Below are positions 17,017 to 24,065 of a stretch of DNA of 24,340 bases, piece by piece. The translations under genes were made by a program, and so were the position numbers. Numbering within the stretch: the first letter of the stretch is position 1; each line of letters begins with the position of its first letter. The DNA is from Candidatus Saccharimonadales bacterium (lineage in GTDB: Bacteria; Patescibacteriota; Saccharimonadia; Saccharimonadales; UBA4665): assembly GCA_038199095.1 (NCBI GenBank), contig JBBPZG010000108.1:1-24340 (forward strand), in the 5' to 3' direction. Under the pieces are notes generated by a model. It saw only the letters and a list, made by a program, of their open reading frames with translations. It was not told where the DNA came from and searched no databases.

Positions 17017-18085
17017 GCTCAAGAAGCCTAATTTACAGATCAAGCGCCCGTTTAGGCGCAAAGGTAAGGTAACTGAAGAGCGCGTTAATGATGCATTTAG
17101 CAATGTACCGCGCATTACCAATGAAACAGTAACCGAGCACCGCGAAGAGGTGCTGTCTAGTGCCCGCAAGTACATCTACCCCCTGCAGCAATCCAAACAC
17201 CGGGTGGTGCGCGTTTCTATCGCGCTGCTGGTGACGGTGGTCGTGGCCTTTTTGGCATACTGCGGGCTGGCGCTCTACAAGTTCCAGTCCACCTCCGGCT
17301 TCATGTATGACGTCGTCCGTGTACTACCATTCCCCGTAGCGAAAGCGGGTCCCAGCTGGGTCGGCTACGAATCCTATCTGTTTGAGCTGCGGCGCAACAT
17401 GCATTATTACCGCACCCAGCAACAGGCCAACTTTTCTACCAAAGACGGTAAAGTCCAGCTGGCAAGGCTCAAACAGCAGGCTATGCACCAAGTCATCGAA
17501 GATACCTATACTAAGCAGCTGGCTGAAAAAAACGGCGTAGTAGTGAGCGATGAGGCAGTGAGCAACGAAGTGACCCTGGTGCGCAGCCAGAACAGGCTGG
17601 GTACCAACGACCGGGTGTTCAAAGAAGTACTCAACGAATTTTGGGGTTGGAACGAAGCTGACTTCAGGCGCGAACTCAAACAACAACTACTGCAGCAGGC
17701 CGTAGTCTCAAAACTAGATACCGGTACCCACGACCGCGCCGATGCGGCCCTCAAGCAGCTCCAGGGCGGGGCGGACTTTGGAACGTTAGCTACCAAAGTT
17801 TCTGAAGACCCGAATACTAAAGCTACTGGTGGCCAGTACCCAGCGCCGCTTACCCATACCGACCGCAACACCGCGCCGGCAGTAACTGCCGAACTCTTCA
17901 AGCTCAAGCCGGGGCAGGTGTCACCAATAATCAATACTGGCTACACGCTCGACATCCTAAAAGTACTCGAGGCTACCGGCACGGCCCGCCGGGCTGCCCA
18001 CATCCAGTTCAACTTCGAGGACATCACCACCTACACCAAGCCGCTTGAAACTACACAACCCCCCCACACCTACATACATGTTTAG
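16988..18085 (+). CDS. SurA N-terminal / PpiC-type peptidyl-prolyl isomerase (PrsA-like foldase)
   Basis: Membrane anchor, SurA-N-like helices, GADFGTLA.KVSED..T...GG and L..GQVSP.I.T..GY rotamase motifs; true start may be 17000. Confidence 0.72.
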   Translation: MMNPMKKKPKLKKPNLQIKRPFRRKGKVTEERVNDAFSNVPRITNETVTEHREEVLSSARKYIYPLQQSKHRVVRVSIALLVTVVVAFLAYCGLALYKFQSTSGFMYDVVRVLPFPVAKAGPSWVGYESYLFELRRNMHYYRTQQQANFSTKDGKVQLARLKQQAMHQVIEDTYTKQLAEKNGVVVSDEAVSNEVTLVRSQNRLGTNDRVFKEVLNEFWGWNEADFRRELKQQLLQQAVVSKLDTGTHDRADAALKQLQGGADFGTLATKVSEDPNTKATGGQYPAPLTHTDRNTAPAVTAELFKLKPGQVSPIINTGYTLDILKVLEATGTARRAAHIQFNFEDITTYTKPLETTQPPHTYIHV

Positions 18086-18095
18086 GCGGTTTAGC

Positions 18096-18207
18096 CGCTC
18101 AGTACATGTAACATGTAGCATTGATCATGTGGCATAGATGTAGCATGTGTCATGTTGCAGGTAATTGCGCAATTGGTTAATTACCTGTTACCTGCAACAT
18201 GTGCTAC
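18096..18207. repeat. 7-bp-periodic hairpin (CATGTA/G units)
   Basis: CATGTTGCAGGTAA is inverted at TTACCTGCAACATG; CATGT-type units recur about every 7 bp. Confidence 0.75.
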
Positions 18208-18279
18208 GCCTTTCAGTTGCGTTTTAAGCCCCAAGTTGATATGATTACCCCTGTCTTTCGCATGCGTGATGCAGCAGGC

Positions 18280-18312
18280 CAAAACTTTAAATGCTTAGCA
18301 TTTAAAGTTTTG
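18280..18312. repeat. 33-bp perfect palindrome (16-1-16)
   Basis: CAAAACTTTAAATGCT-T-AGCATTTAAAGTTTTG. Confidence 0.9.
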
Positions 18313-18386
18313 AAAGGAGCGCCGTAGCTGTAGACCGAAGCTTTTGCCGGACAGGCAAAACGAGGTAGCAGCGTACGGTGAGACGC

Positions 18387-18463
18387 GGGCTCGTAGTGAA
18401 GAGGCCTATCACGCCTCCCTGTCACGGAGGAGATCGCCGGTTCGAATCCGGTCGGGCCCGCCA
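18387..18463 (+). tRNA. tRNA-Asp(GTC)
   Basis: Acceptor GGGCTCG/CGGGCCC, anticodon arm CCTCC-CT GTC AC-GGAGG, T arm GCCGG-TTCGAAT-CCGGT, G73 and CCA. Confidence 0.95.
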
Positions 18464-18465
18464 AA

Positions 18466-18494
18466 TTGACTTTGTATACTGTTTATGTTATTGT
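18466..18494 (+). promoter_or_regulatory. Cassette 1 promoter TTGACT-N17-TATTGT (TGn-extended)
   Basis: Begins 2 nt after the tRNA CCA; ATG 18501 lies 6 nt after the -10. Confidence 0.6.
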
Positions 18495-18500
18495 TAATTG

Positions 18501-18716
18501 ATGATTAATCAAGAACGCCCAGACGAACTAATCATATTGCCTGTTGATTTAGGTGATTTACAACAACCTGATTATTCGTCTACAACACCTCTATTAGAAT
18601 TAAAAGAAACCGAGGAAACCGCTGATAAAATAAATCTTCGTGAGGAAATAGTTAAATCTGAATTATCTCCACAAAACGTTATTGAAGCTCTAAAAAAAGC
18701 TTCCGGAAATAGCTAA
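18501..18716 (+). CDS. Cassette 1: small acidic hypothetical protein
   Basis: ORF with a correctly spaced promoter; no recognisable family. Confidence 0.55.
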   Translation: MINQERPDELIILPVDLGDLQQPDYSSTTPLLELKETEETADKINLREEIVKSELSPQNVIEALKKASGNS

Positions 18717-18760
18717 ACTGCGGTCATAATTAAGACATCTGTAACAGCATCTGATTTATT

Positions 18761-18800
18761 AAAATAGTTCCAGACCTCTTCCACTACGGCCCGCCAAGCA
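18761..18800 (+). repeat. Junction R1 (type A)
   Basis: AAAATAGTTCCAGAC-CTCTTCCA-CTACGGCCCGCCAAGCA. Confidence 0.92.
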
Positions 18801-18829
18801 TTGACATTACATACTACTTATGTTAATAT
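18801..18829 (+). promoter_or_regulatory. Cassette 2 promoter TTGACA-N17-TAATAT
   Basis: Consensus -35, TGn-extended -10, ATG 18836 6 nt downstream. Confidence 0.75.
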
Positions 18830-18835
18830 GCTGTT

Positions 18836-19195
18836 ATGACAAATCAAGATCCTTCTTTAGTTAATTCTGGTGAGCAGGCTTATACGGCAGAGCATTTTGT
18901 AGAACAGCTTCAAACACTTAACCCTAATGAACAATCTGATTTTTATAATGATTGGCTTGATAAAACAGTTCCAGGAAGACTCACAGCTAAAACTAGAGAA
19001 GCATCTGCGGCTGCTGCAAGCGGTAATTCTGATCTAGAACAAATACTAGTACTAGAAGCATATGCTGAACTGGAAGAGGCTCGAGATTATGCGCAGCGAG
19101 AAGCTACCAACGAGCTTACATCTCAAGAATTAGCTACAAAAGAAGCATTAGCCAGTATATTTCCAGATAAATGGCCGTTTGTAACAGCAAAATAG
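18836..19195 (+). CDS. Cassette 2: acidic helical hypothetical protein
   Basis: 119 aa; TAG stop lies inside R2. Confidence 0.72.
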   Translation: MTNQDPSLVNSGEQAYTAEHFVEQLQTLNPNEQSDFYNDWLDKTVPGRLTAKTREASAAAASGNSDLEQILVLEAYAELEEARDYAQREATNELTSQELATKEALASIFPDKWPFVTAK

Positions 19196-19229
19196 TTCCA
19201 GACATCCGTGGCTGCGGCCCGCCCCGACA
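19189..19229 (+). repeat. Junction R2 (type A)
   Basis: AAAATAGTTCCAGAC-ATCCGTGG-CTGCGGCCCGCCCCGACA. Confidence 0.9.
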
Positions 19230-19258
19230 TTGACAAAATACTATCTCTGTGATACTAT
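19230..19258 (+). promoter_or_regulatory. Cassette 3 promoter TTGACA-N17-TACTAT
   Basis: Consensus -35, TGn-extended -10, ATG 19265 6 nt downstream. Confidence 0.75.
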
Positions 19259-19264
19259 CTTTTT

Positions 19265-19783
19265 ATGTCTATACAAACAGAAACTGTAAATATTAGACAG
19301 GCCACCGAAGACGATCAACAGTTTATTAATCAAATGTGCTACGAAGCTGGCTTCCCTGACGGGATGGATGATCGACTTACGTTTGAAGCTGCCCAGCAAA
19401 TAGACTGGGTACCGCTCTATCAAGAAGAATGGGGAAAACGCGAAGGCGACTTTGGCCTTATCGCTGAAAAAGACGGAAAACCCCTCGGAGCAGCTTGGTA
19501 CCGTGACTATTCTGCACTAATTACTAATGAGAACACGCCAAAGCACGAATTGAGCATCGCCCTCTTACCGGAAGCCCGGGGTCATAAAATAGGTAGCGAA
19601 CTTATGACAAAACTGCTTGAGGGAGCTTCTGAGCAAGGTATTGAGGATATAAGTCTGGTAGTAAGAGAGTCTAACGCAGTAGCTAAGAACATGTATCAAA
19701 AGATAGGTTTCTTAACCATACATGAGTCTGATGATGGCTATATAACGATGGCCGCATCAACTTCTTCTGCCGACCCAAAATAG
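19265..19783 (+). CDS. Cassette 3: GNAT family N-acetyltransferase
   Basis: IRQATEDD start, LSIALLPEARGHKIGSELM (motif A), SNAVAKNMYQKIGF (motif B); TAG stop inside R3. Confidence 0.9.
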   Translation: MSIQTETVNIRQATEDDQQFINQMCYEAGFPDGMDDRLTFEAAQQIDWVPLYQEEWGKREGDFGLIAEKDGKPLGAAWYRDYSALITNENTPKHELSIALLPEARGHKIGSELMTKLLEGASEQGIEDISLVVRESNAVAKNMYQKIGFLTIHESDDGYITMAASTSSADPK

Positions 19784-19826
19784 TTCCAGCCCTGGAAGGC
19801 TACGGCCCGCCAAGCATAAGCACTTT
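19777..19826 (+). repeat. Junction R3 (type A)
   Basis: AAAATAGTTCCAGCC-CTGGAAGG-CTACGGCCCGCCAAGCATAAGCACTTT. Confidence 0.92.
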
Positions 19827-19850
19827 TATTAAAGTAGTTTTATGTTTATC

Positions 19851-19879
19851 TTGCATAATTATGCAATAAAAGTTATCTT
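19851..19879 (+). promoter_or_regulatory. Cassette 4 promoter TTGCAT-N17-TATCTT with overlapping 16-bp palindrome
   Basis: TTGCATAATTATGCAA at 19851-19866; ATG 19886 6 nt after the -10. Confidence 0.6.
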
Positions 19880-19885
19880 TGAATT

Positions 19886-20281
19886 ATGAGCGACGGTGTA
19901 TCTCCAGAAACTCTTAATACAGATGGTCATCGGCAAAGAGCAGAGGAGTTTGTATTATCTAAACCATTGCTAAGAGGCTTGGGCGAAATAGCCCAAAACC
20001 CGGGTGTCTATCGCCTTACTTGGATGCTTGATGAAGTTGACCAGGTAGTATCGGATCACAGTATTGGCCATCCACCCTTTGCTCGTTGGTGTAATATTGG
20101 CTTTACACATGACCCAATGAAAAGAATTATTGAAGGCTCTATGCTTAAAAGGGTAATGGCAGTAATTGGTACAAAACAAGCAGACGGTGTAGATCTTGAA
20201 CTTGTTTTTACAACTCCAACAGATTGGCAAGGCTACTTAGCAGAATACGATAGACTAGGCGAGTTAGACCAGGCAGCCTAG
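19886..20281 (+). CDS. Cassette 4: hypothetical protein
   Basis: 131 aa; ends in TAG within a TAGTTC remnant. Confidence 0.72.
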   Translation: MSDGVSPETLNTDGHRQRAEEFVLSKPLLRGLGEIAQNPGVYRLTWMLDEVDQVVSDHSIGHPPFARWCNIGFTHDPMKRIIEGSMLKRVMAVIGTKQADGVDLELVFTTPTDWQGYLAEYDRLGELDQAA

Positions 20282-20334
20282 TTCATTTTTGCTCATGGTT
20301 GCAAGTGACGCAAATCTAGCTAAAATAGTTTTTT

Positions 20335-20522
20335 ATGAGTGAAGAATATCCGGACTATATAGTAAGTAGAGACGAGAACATATTGCTGATACAAGAGGTA
20401 TTGATTCCGGAGATGTGGTTATAGGTAGGGAAGAGCTAAGAAACCTAGGTTCAGTTGGTTTTCTTGGATCCAGATGGAATTCTTCTTGGCAACCTAGTGG
20501 CGGCAACCCAGACCTTAACTAG
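20335..20522 (+). pseudogene. Possible frameshifted small cassette gene
   Basis: TTGCAA-N16-TAAAAT promoter, then ATG 20335 opens 29 codons; a second frame from about 20382 stays open to TAG 20522, just before R4. Confidence 0.35.
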
Positions 20523-20535
20523 TACTAACTGATCG

Positions 20536-20580
20536 CTGTTCTAAAATCCGACTCGATGTCCCGCCAAGCATAAGCACTTT
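20536..20580 (+). repeat. Junction R4 (type B)
   Basis: CTGTTCTAAAATCCGACTCGATGTCCCGCCAAGCATAAGCACTTT. Confidence 0.9.
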
Positions 20581-20613
20581 CTGCAAGGAGGTAGCTTTCG
20601 TTTTTGCTCATGC

Positions 20614-20641
20614 TTGCATTTACTTGTTTAAAAGATAAGAT
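20614..20641 (+). promoter_or_regulatory. Cassette 5 promoter TTGCAT-N16-TAAGAT
   Basis: ATG 20648 6 nt after the -10. Confidence 0.55.
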
Positions 20642-20647
20642 AAATCT

Positions 20648-21529
20648 ATGTCAGAACAATCTAGTGGTTTACAAACTGGTGAAATTATTGCCGACGCGAC
20701 ACGTGCTCAGCATGGTGATGATATCGCTGCTCGCATTTCCAAACTAGTTGAATACGGTCCATTACGTATCGTTACTCATGTACCCGATATCCCCGGAGTA
20801 GAATATCGGAAACCTTATCGCCGAGACGCTGATCAGCAAACATTTGCCAGCATAGGTTCTACGGCTTTATCGGTATTGTCCGATGAATCCGGAGTTAAAG
20901 TTGCAGTTCATAGTAAAGATCAAAAAGAGCCTTTTATACTGCTGCCTGAGCAAGTTGAAAATGTGTACGTTGATCATCCTCATAGTTCCGATATGCCACT
21001 CAGAGGTCAAAGTATGATGGCGATAAGTCTTACAAAACGTGATGGAGTATCTGTCCTACGCTGGCCAAATCACGTAATTGAATTCGGTTACCGTGATAGG
21101 ATTGATACAGAAAATCATCCGGATTATCCAGGGATTAGTATTGTAAGAGCCTATAAGGCCGATGATGGTGATATATGGGCCAGCTTAAAAGAGCGTAAGA
21201 TCGCAAGTCTAGAAGACGCAAAACAAGCAGACGATCAACCGAGAACATTTCTTATCACAAAAATAGATGATGAAAACTACGTAGTTACTTCCCGCATTGG
21301 ATACGAAGAAACTACACCAGTAACGGTTCGTCGTCCAAAACATCCAGGTAATGAACCTTTGCTACATATAGAGATGCTAGACATGAATAAAGATACAAGT
21401 GATGAAGAGCTTTTAGAGAATCATCTTAAACGATACCGTAATTTAAGCCAAAGATATCTTGACTCACCAAGACGGTCAATGAAGCCATTTGAGCTAGACA
21501 GCGTTTTCCTCTATATGGTGCATGATTGA
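20648..21529 (+). CDS. Cassette 5: hypothetical protein
   Basis: 293-aa ORF, no recognised family. Confidence 0.8.
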   Translation: MSEQSSGLQTGEIIADATRAQHGDDIAARISKLVEYGPLRIVTHVPDIPGVEYRKPYRRDADQQTFASIGSTALSVLSDESGVKVAVHSKDQKEPFILLPEQVENVYVDHPHSSDMPLRGQSMMAISLTKRDGVSVLRWPNHVIEFGYRDRIDTENHPDYPGISIVRAYKADDGDIWASLKERKIASLEDAKQADDQPRTFLITKIDDENYVVTSRIGYEETTPVTVRRPKHPGNEPLLHIEMLDMNKDTSDEELLENHLKRYRNLSQRYLDSPRRSMKPFELDSVFLYMVHD

Positions 21530-21580
21530 GCAGTGGGCTTATACAGATAGTAATACAAGACTTTCATTTGTACATTGAGT

Positions 21581-21616
21581 AATATAGTTCCAGACTTTTT
21601 CCGATATGGCCCGCCA
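21581..21616 (+). repeat. Junction R5 (type A)
   Basis: AATATAGTTCCAGAC-TTTTTCCG-ATATGGCCCGCCA. Confidence 0.88.
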
Positions 21617-21632
21617 TACAGCTTATGCTTAA

Positions 21633-21641
21633 TGATATACT
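21633..21641 (+). promoter_or_regulatory. Cassette 6 extended -10 TGa-TATACT
   Basis: ATG 21648 6 nt downstream. Confidence 0.55.
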
Positions 21642-21647
21642 TGTTGC

Positions 21648-21914
21648 ATGCCCCAACATTGGCAAGATTTAGTACTTTCAACTTGTATTCTCGGCTTTAA
21701 CCTAGCGTTAATTCCTACGCTCTTAAGTAAAAAACATAATCCACACGCTGGCACGGGGATTACGACGGCTACATTTCAACTAGTAGCATTTACTGTTTAT
21801 ACAAGTCTGCATTTATGGTATTCAGCGGCGATGGGTTTATTAAATGCAATTTTATGGGCAGTCATAGTGGTTCAAGGTCTGTCCACCCAAAAGCGCCCTC
21901 AACGTAAGCGATAG
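21648..21914 (+). CDS. Cassette 6: small ~3-TM membrane protein
   Basis: Three hydrophobic segments; TAG stop inside R6. Confidence 0.75.
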   Translation: MPQHWQDLVLSTCILGFNLALIPTLLSKKHNPHAGTGITTATFQLVAFTVYTSLHLWYSAAMGLLNAILWAVIVVQGLSTQKRPQRKR

Positions 21915-21949
21915 TTCTGAGGTCTGACTCGATGCCCCGCCTTAAGCAT
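21912..21949 (+). repeat. Junction R6 (type B, diverged)
   Basis: TAGTTCTGAGGTCTGACTCGATGCCCCGCCTTAAGCAT; GTTC-N18-CCCGCC. Confidence 0.8.
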
Positions 21950-21990
21950 TGGCTGCTCATACTGTCTACATTGTTCTTATTGAGCTCATC

Positions 21991-22025
21991 AAATAGTTCC
22001 GGATCCCTAACGTTAAGGCTCGCTA
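21991..22025 (+). repeat. Junction R7 (type A, degenerate)
   Basis: AAATAGTTCCGGAT-CCCTAACG-TTAAGGCTCGCTA; GTTC-N19-CTCGCT. Confidence 0.65.
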
Positions 22026-22147
22026 ACGAGTTCTTATAGCATTAACTTTGCAACACTAGGACAACTAGGCCAAGCAGACATTGGTTAACTTATCACACGT
22101 TGGTTTGAGGTAGGCAACATAATTACGCCAGTGGAGATAAGCTTTTT

Positions 22148-22156
22148 TGCTAATAT
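22148..22156 (+). promoter_or_regulatory. Cassette 8 extended -10 TGc-TAATAT
   Basis: ATG 22163 6 nt downstream. Confidence 0.55.
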
Positions 22157-22162
22157 GAAGTC

Positions 22163-23014
22163 ATGCCTAATGCTTTTATTCCGATGCTTGCTGCTTTTGC
22201 GTGTGCTCTCTGTAATGGTACGGCAGCCGTACTACAGAAAATAAGTGCTGATAAAGAGAAGAATGTGACGTCATTGGACGCTCGATTATTATGGCGGCTT
22301 TTTCAAGATATGTCGTATGTCAGTGGCATTGGATTGGATGTTCTTGGCTGGATATTAACCCTATATGCTGTACACTACCTACCACTATTTTTAGTAGAAG
22401 CAATTATCGCAGCTAACATTGTGATTACGGCATTAATTGAGCGACTGTTTAGACACCAAGAAATAAATCGTTGGTCATACTTTGCAATTATCATTATCTT
22501 AGTGGGGCTTATCTTAGTGGCGATCGCCTCATCGGCCGGGAGATCTGAGCCCATAAGTAACGTAGTTAGGTGGATTATAATTTTTTCACCACTCCCCCTA
22601 GGCATTGCTGGTTATATCTTAGCTCGGCTTAAAAGTTATCGATCTACAGTAGGCTTAGCTATTCTCAGCGGTTTAGCATTTGGCGATACTTCAGTAATAG
22701 GTAGGATTTTCAGTGTTTCACATCCACTTTGGCACACTTTCTATAATCCACTTATTTACTCATTACTGGTTAGTGGATCCCTTGGCGTCTTGCTTTTTTC
22801 GACTGCTCTGCAACGTGCACAAGCTACTGTGATGAATGCTACCATGACTGCCAGCCAAATTTTAATTCCAGCAGTGGTCGGTATCGCATTTTTGGGTGAT
22901 AATGCTCGCAATGGTCTCTGGTATTTAGTAGTTCTGGGTTGCTCTCTGTCACTTGGAGGAGTAATTGTGTTAGCTTTTACGAATTATAAAAGTAATGTTC
23001 AGTTGAGAGTTTAA
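22163..23014 (+). CDS. Cassette 8: DMT-superfamily (EamA/NIPA-like) membrane transporter
   Basis: About 9 TM helices in two repeats; N-terminal A..NG.AAVLQK and PLFLVEAI pattern typical of this DMT subgroup. Confidence 0.75.
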   Translation: MPNAFIPMLAAFACALCNGTAAVLQKISADKEKNVTSLDARLLWRLFQDMSYVSGIGLDVLGWILTLYAVHYLPLFLVEAIIAANIVITALIERLFRHQEINRWSYFAIIIILVGLILVAIASSAGRSEPISNVVRWIIIFSPLPLGIAGYILARLKSYRSTVGLAILSGLAFGDTSVIGRIFSVSHPLWHTFYNPLIYSLLVSGSLGVLLFSTALQRAQATVMNATMTASQILIPAVVGIAFLGDNARNGLWYLVVLGCSLSLGGVIVLAFTNYKSNVQLRV

Positions 23015-23269
23015 GCTCAGTCTATCTACAAACTATGCAACGGGCGTTTCGCTCATTAGCTGCTCGTTAATATTTATTGTTAAATACACGTAAATTTTGT
23101 ACTGTCTAGCTAATTGTTATCAGTTTAACTTTAAACAGTCACCTAGTAAACCAGAAGTATAGCCAGGTGGCACTAACTAGTTTCGACAAAAAAGCTTTTG
23201 ACCTACACATCTACTTTCTTCCAAGCAATAGTGATTAGGAAAACACCGCACGCTATAATTATGTAGTAA

Positions 23270-23314
23270 CAGTTCGAAAATCCGACTCTATGTCCCGCCA
23301 AGCATAAGCACTTT
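23270..23314 (+). repeat. Junction R8 (type B)
   Basis: CAGTTCGAAAATCCGACTCTATGTCCCGCCAAGCATAAGCACTTT. Confidence 0.92.
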
Positions 23315-23325
23315 CTTACAATACA

Positions 23326-23649
23326 ATGCGGGTGTACTCTCTTATTATGTCAATGAACAGAGAAGACTTAGGAGCATCACTTGAGAGCTGGCAGCAATCT
23401 GCTAGCCATGACCGCAAGCAATTCCTCGCAAGCTTTGCAATATCTGGTATGGGGCTACTGGTATGTGGTGAGGGTATTGGGACAATCGCAAACGGAGCAT
23501 TAGTGCCGGGTGTAATTGAGATTATTTTAGGTGGGGGTCTGACAACGTTATTCGCTAGAAACGGATTAAATGAAGTCGAAAGCTATGCAGAAACGGAAAG
23601 AACAGTAGCTTTCAAACAGTATCAATTAGATGAGCTAGATGCCAACTAG
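23326..23649 (+). CDS. Cassette 9: 2-TM hypothetical membrane protein
   Basis: Two Gly-rich hydrophobic helices; start may be 23347 or 23353; stop 4 nt before R9. Confidence 0.7.
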   Translation: MRVYSLIMSMNREDLGASLESWQQSASHDRKQFLASFAISGMGLLVCGEGIGTIANGALVPGVIEIILGGGLTTLFARNGLNEVESYAETERTVAFKQYQLDELDAN

Positions 23650-23653
23650 TTGC

Positions 23654-23703
23654 AAAATAGTTCCAGATATTCAAAGCTACGGCCCGCCAAGCATAAGCAC
23701 TTT
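23654..23703 (+). repeat. Junction R9 (type A)
   Basis: AAAATAGTTCCAGAT-ATTCAAAG-CTACGGCCCGCCAAGCATAAGCACTTT. Confidence 0.92.
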
Positions 23704-23756
23704 AGCAGAGCAAGTGAAATTATTCGAGAACGAAAACAGATAAAAGGAGTAGAGAA

Positions 23757-24065
23757 TTACTCTGTCTCTGGGTCAGATAAATCAATTTCTTCAACGAGTT
23801 GACGTTCAGCACAGCTCTTAAGGATAGCGATGGCCATCTTCATCCCGCCAGCTACAAGATGGGCATCTCTTTCAGGAGTACCGTAACCCTCTAAGATGTC
23901 TTGTGCGGCATCTACAATTCCAGCTAATGCCGTGTAGTCTGAGTCGATGGTACGGTCAATAGCAGTCGCTTCTTCAGGCTCAAATAGAGTAACTGTTATC
24001 ACGTCAGCAAAAGCTTTGCCAACGACATCCTCATCAAGATTTTCTAACTCCTCATGTAAAGTCAT
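23757..24065 (-). CDS. Cassette 10: acidic hypothetical protein, inverted orientation
   Basis: ORF on the minus strand; ATG 24065 is preceded by TTGATA-N16-TATTAT (24101-24074). Confidence 0.7.
   Translation of the reverse strand: MTLHEELENLDEDVVGKAFADVITVTLFEPEEATAIDRTIDSDYTALAGIVDAAQDILEGYGTPERDAHLVAGGMKMAIAILKSCAERQLVEEIDLSDPETE

Noticed and set aside
18213-18464. 83-aa minus-strand ORF
   Set aside because: It is antisense to tRNA-Asp and its leader.
18801-18828. dif-like site (TTATGTTAAT resembles the XerD arm); similar at 18483-18493
   Set aside because: There is no XerC-like arm ending in ATAA; the match is explained by the TTATG-extended -10 promoter context.
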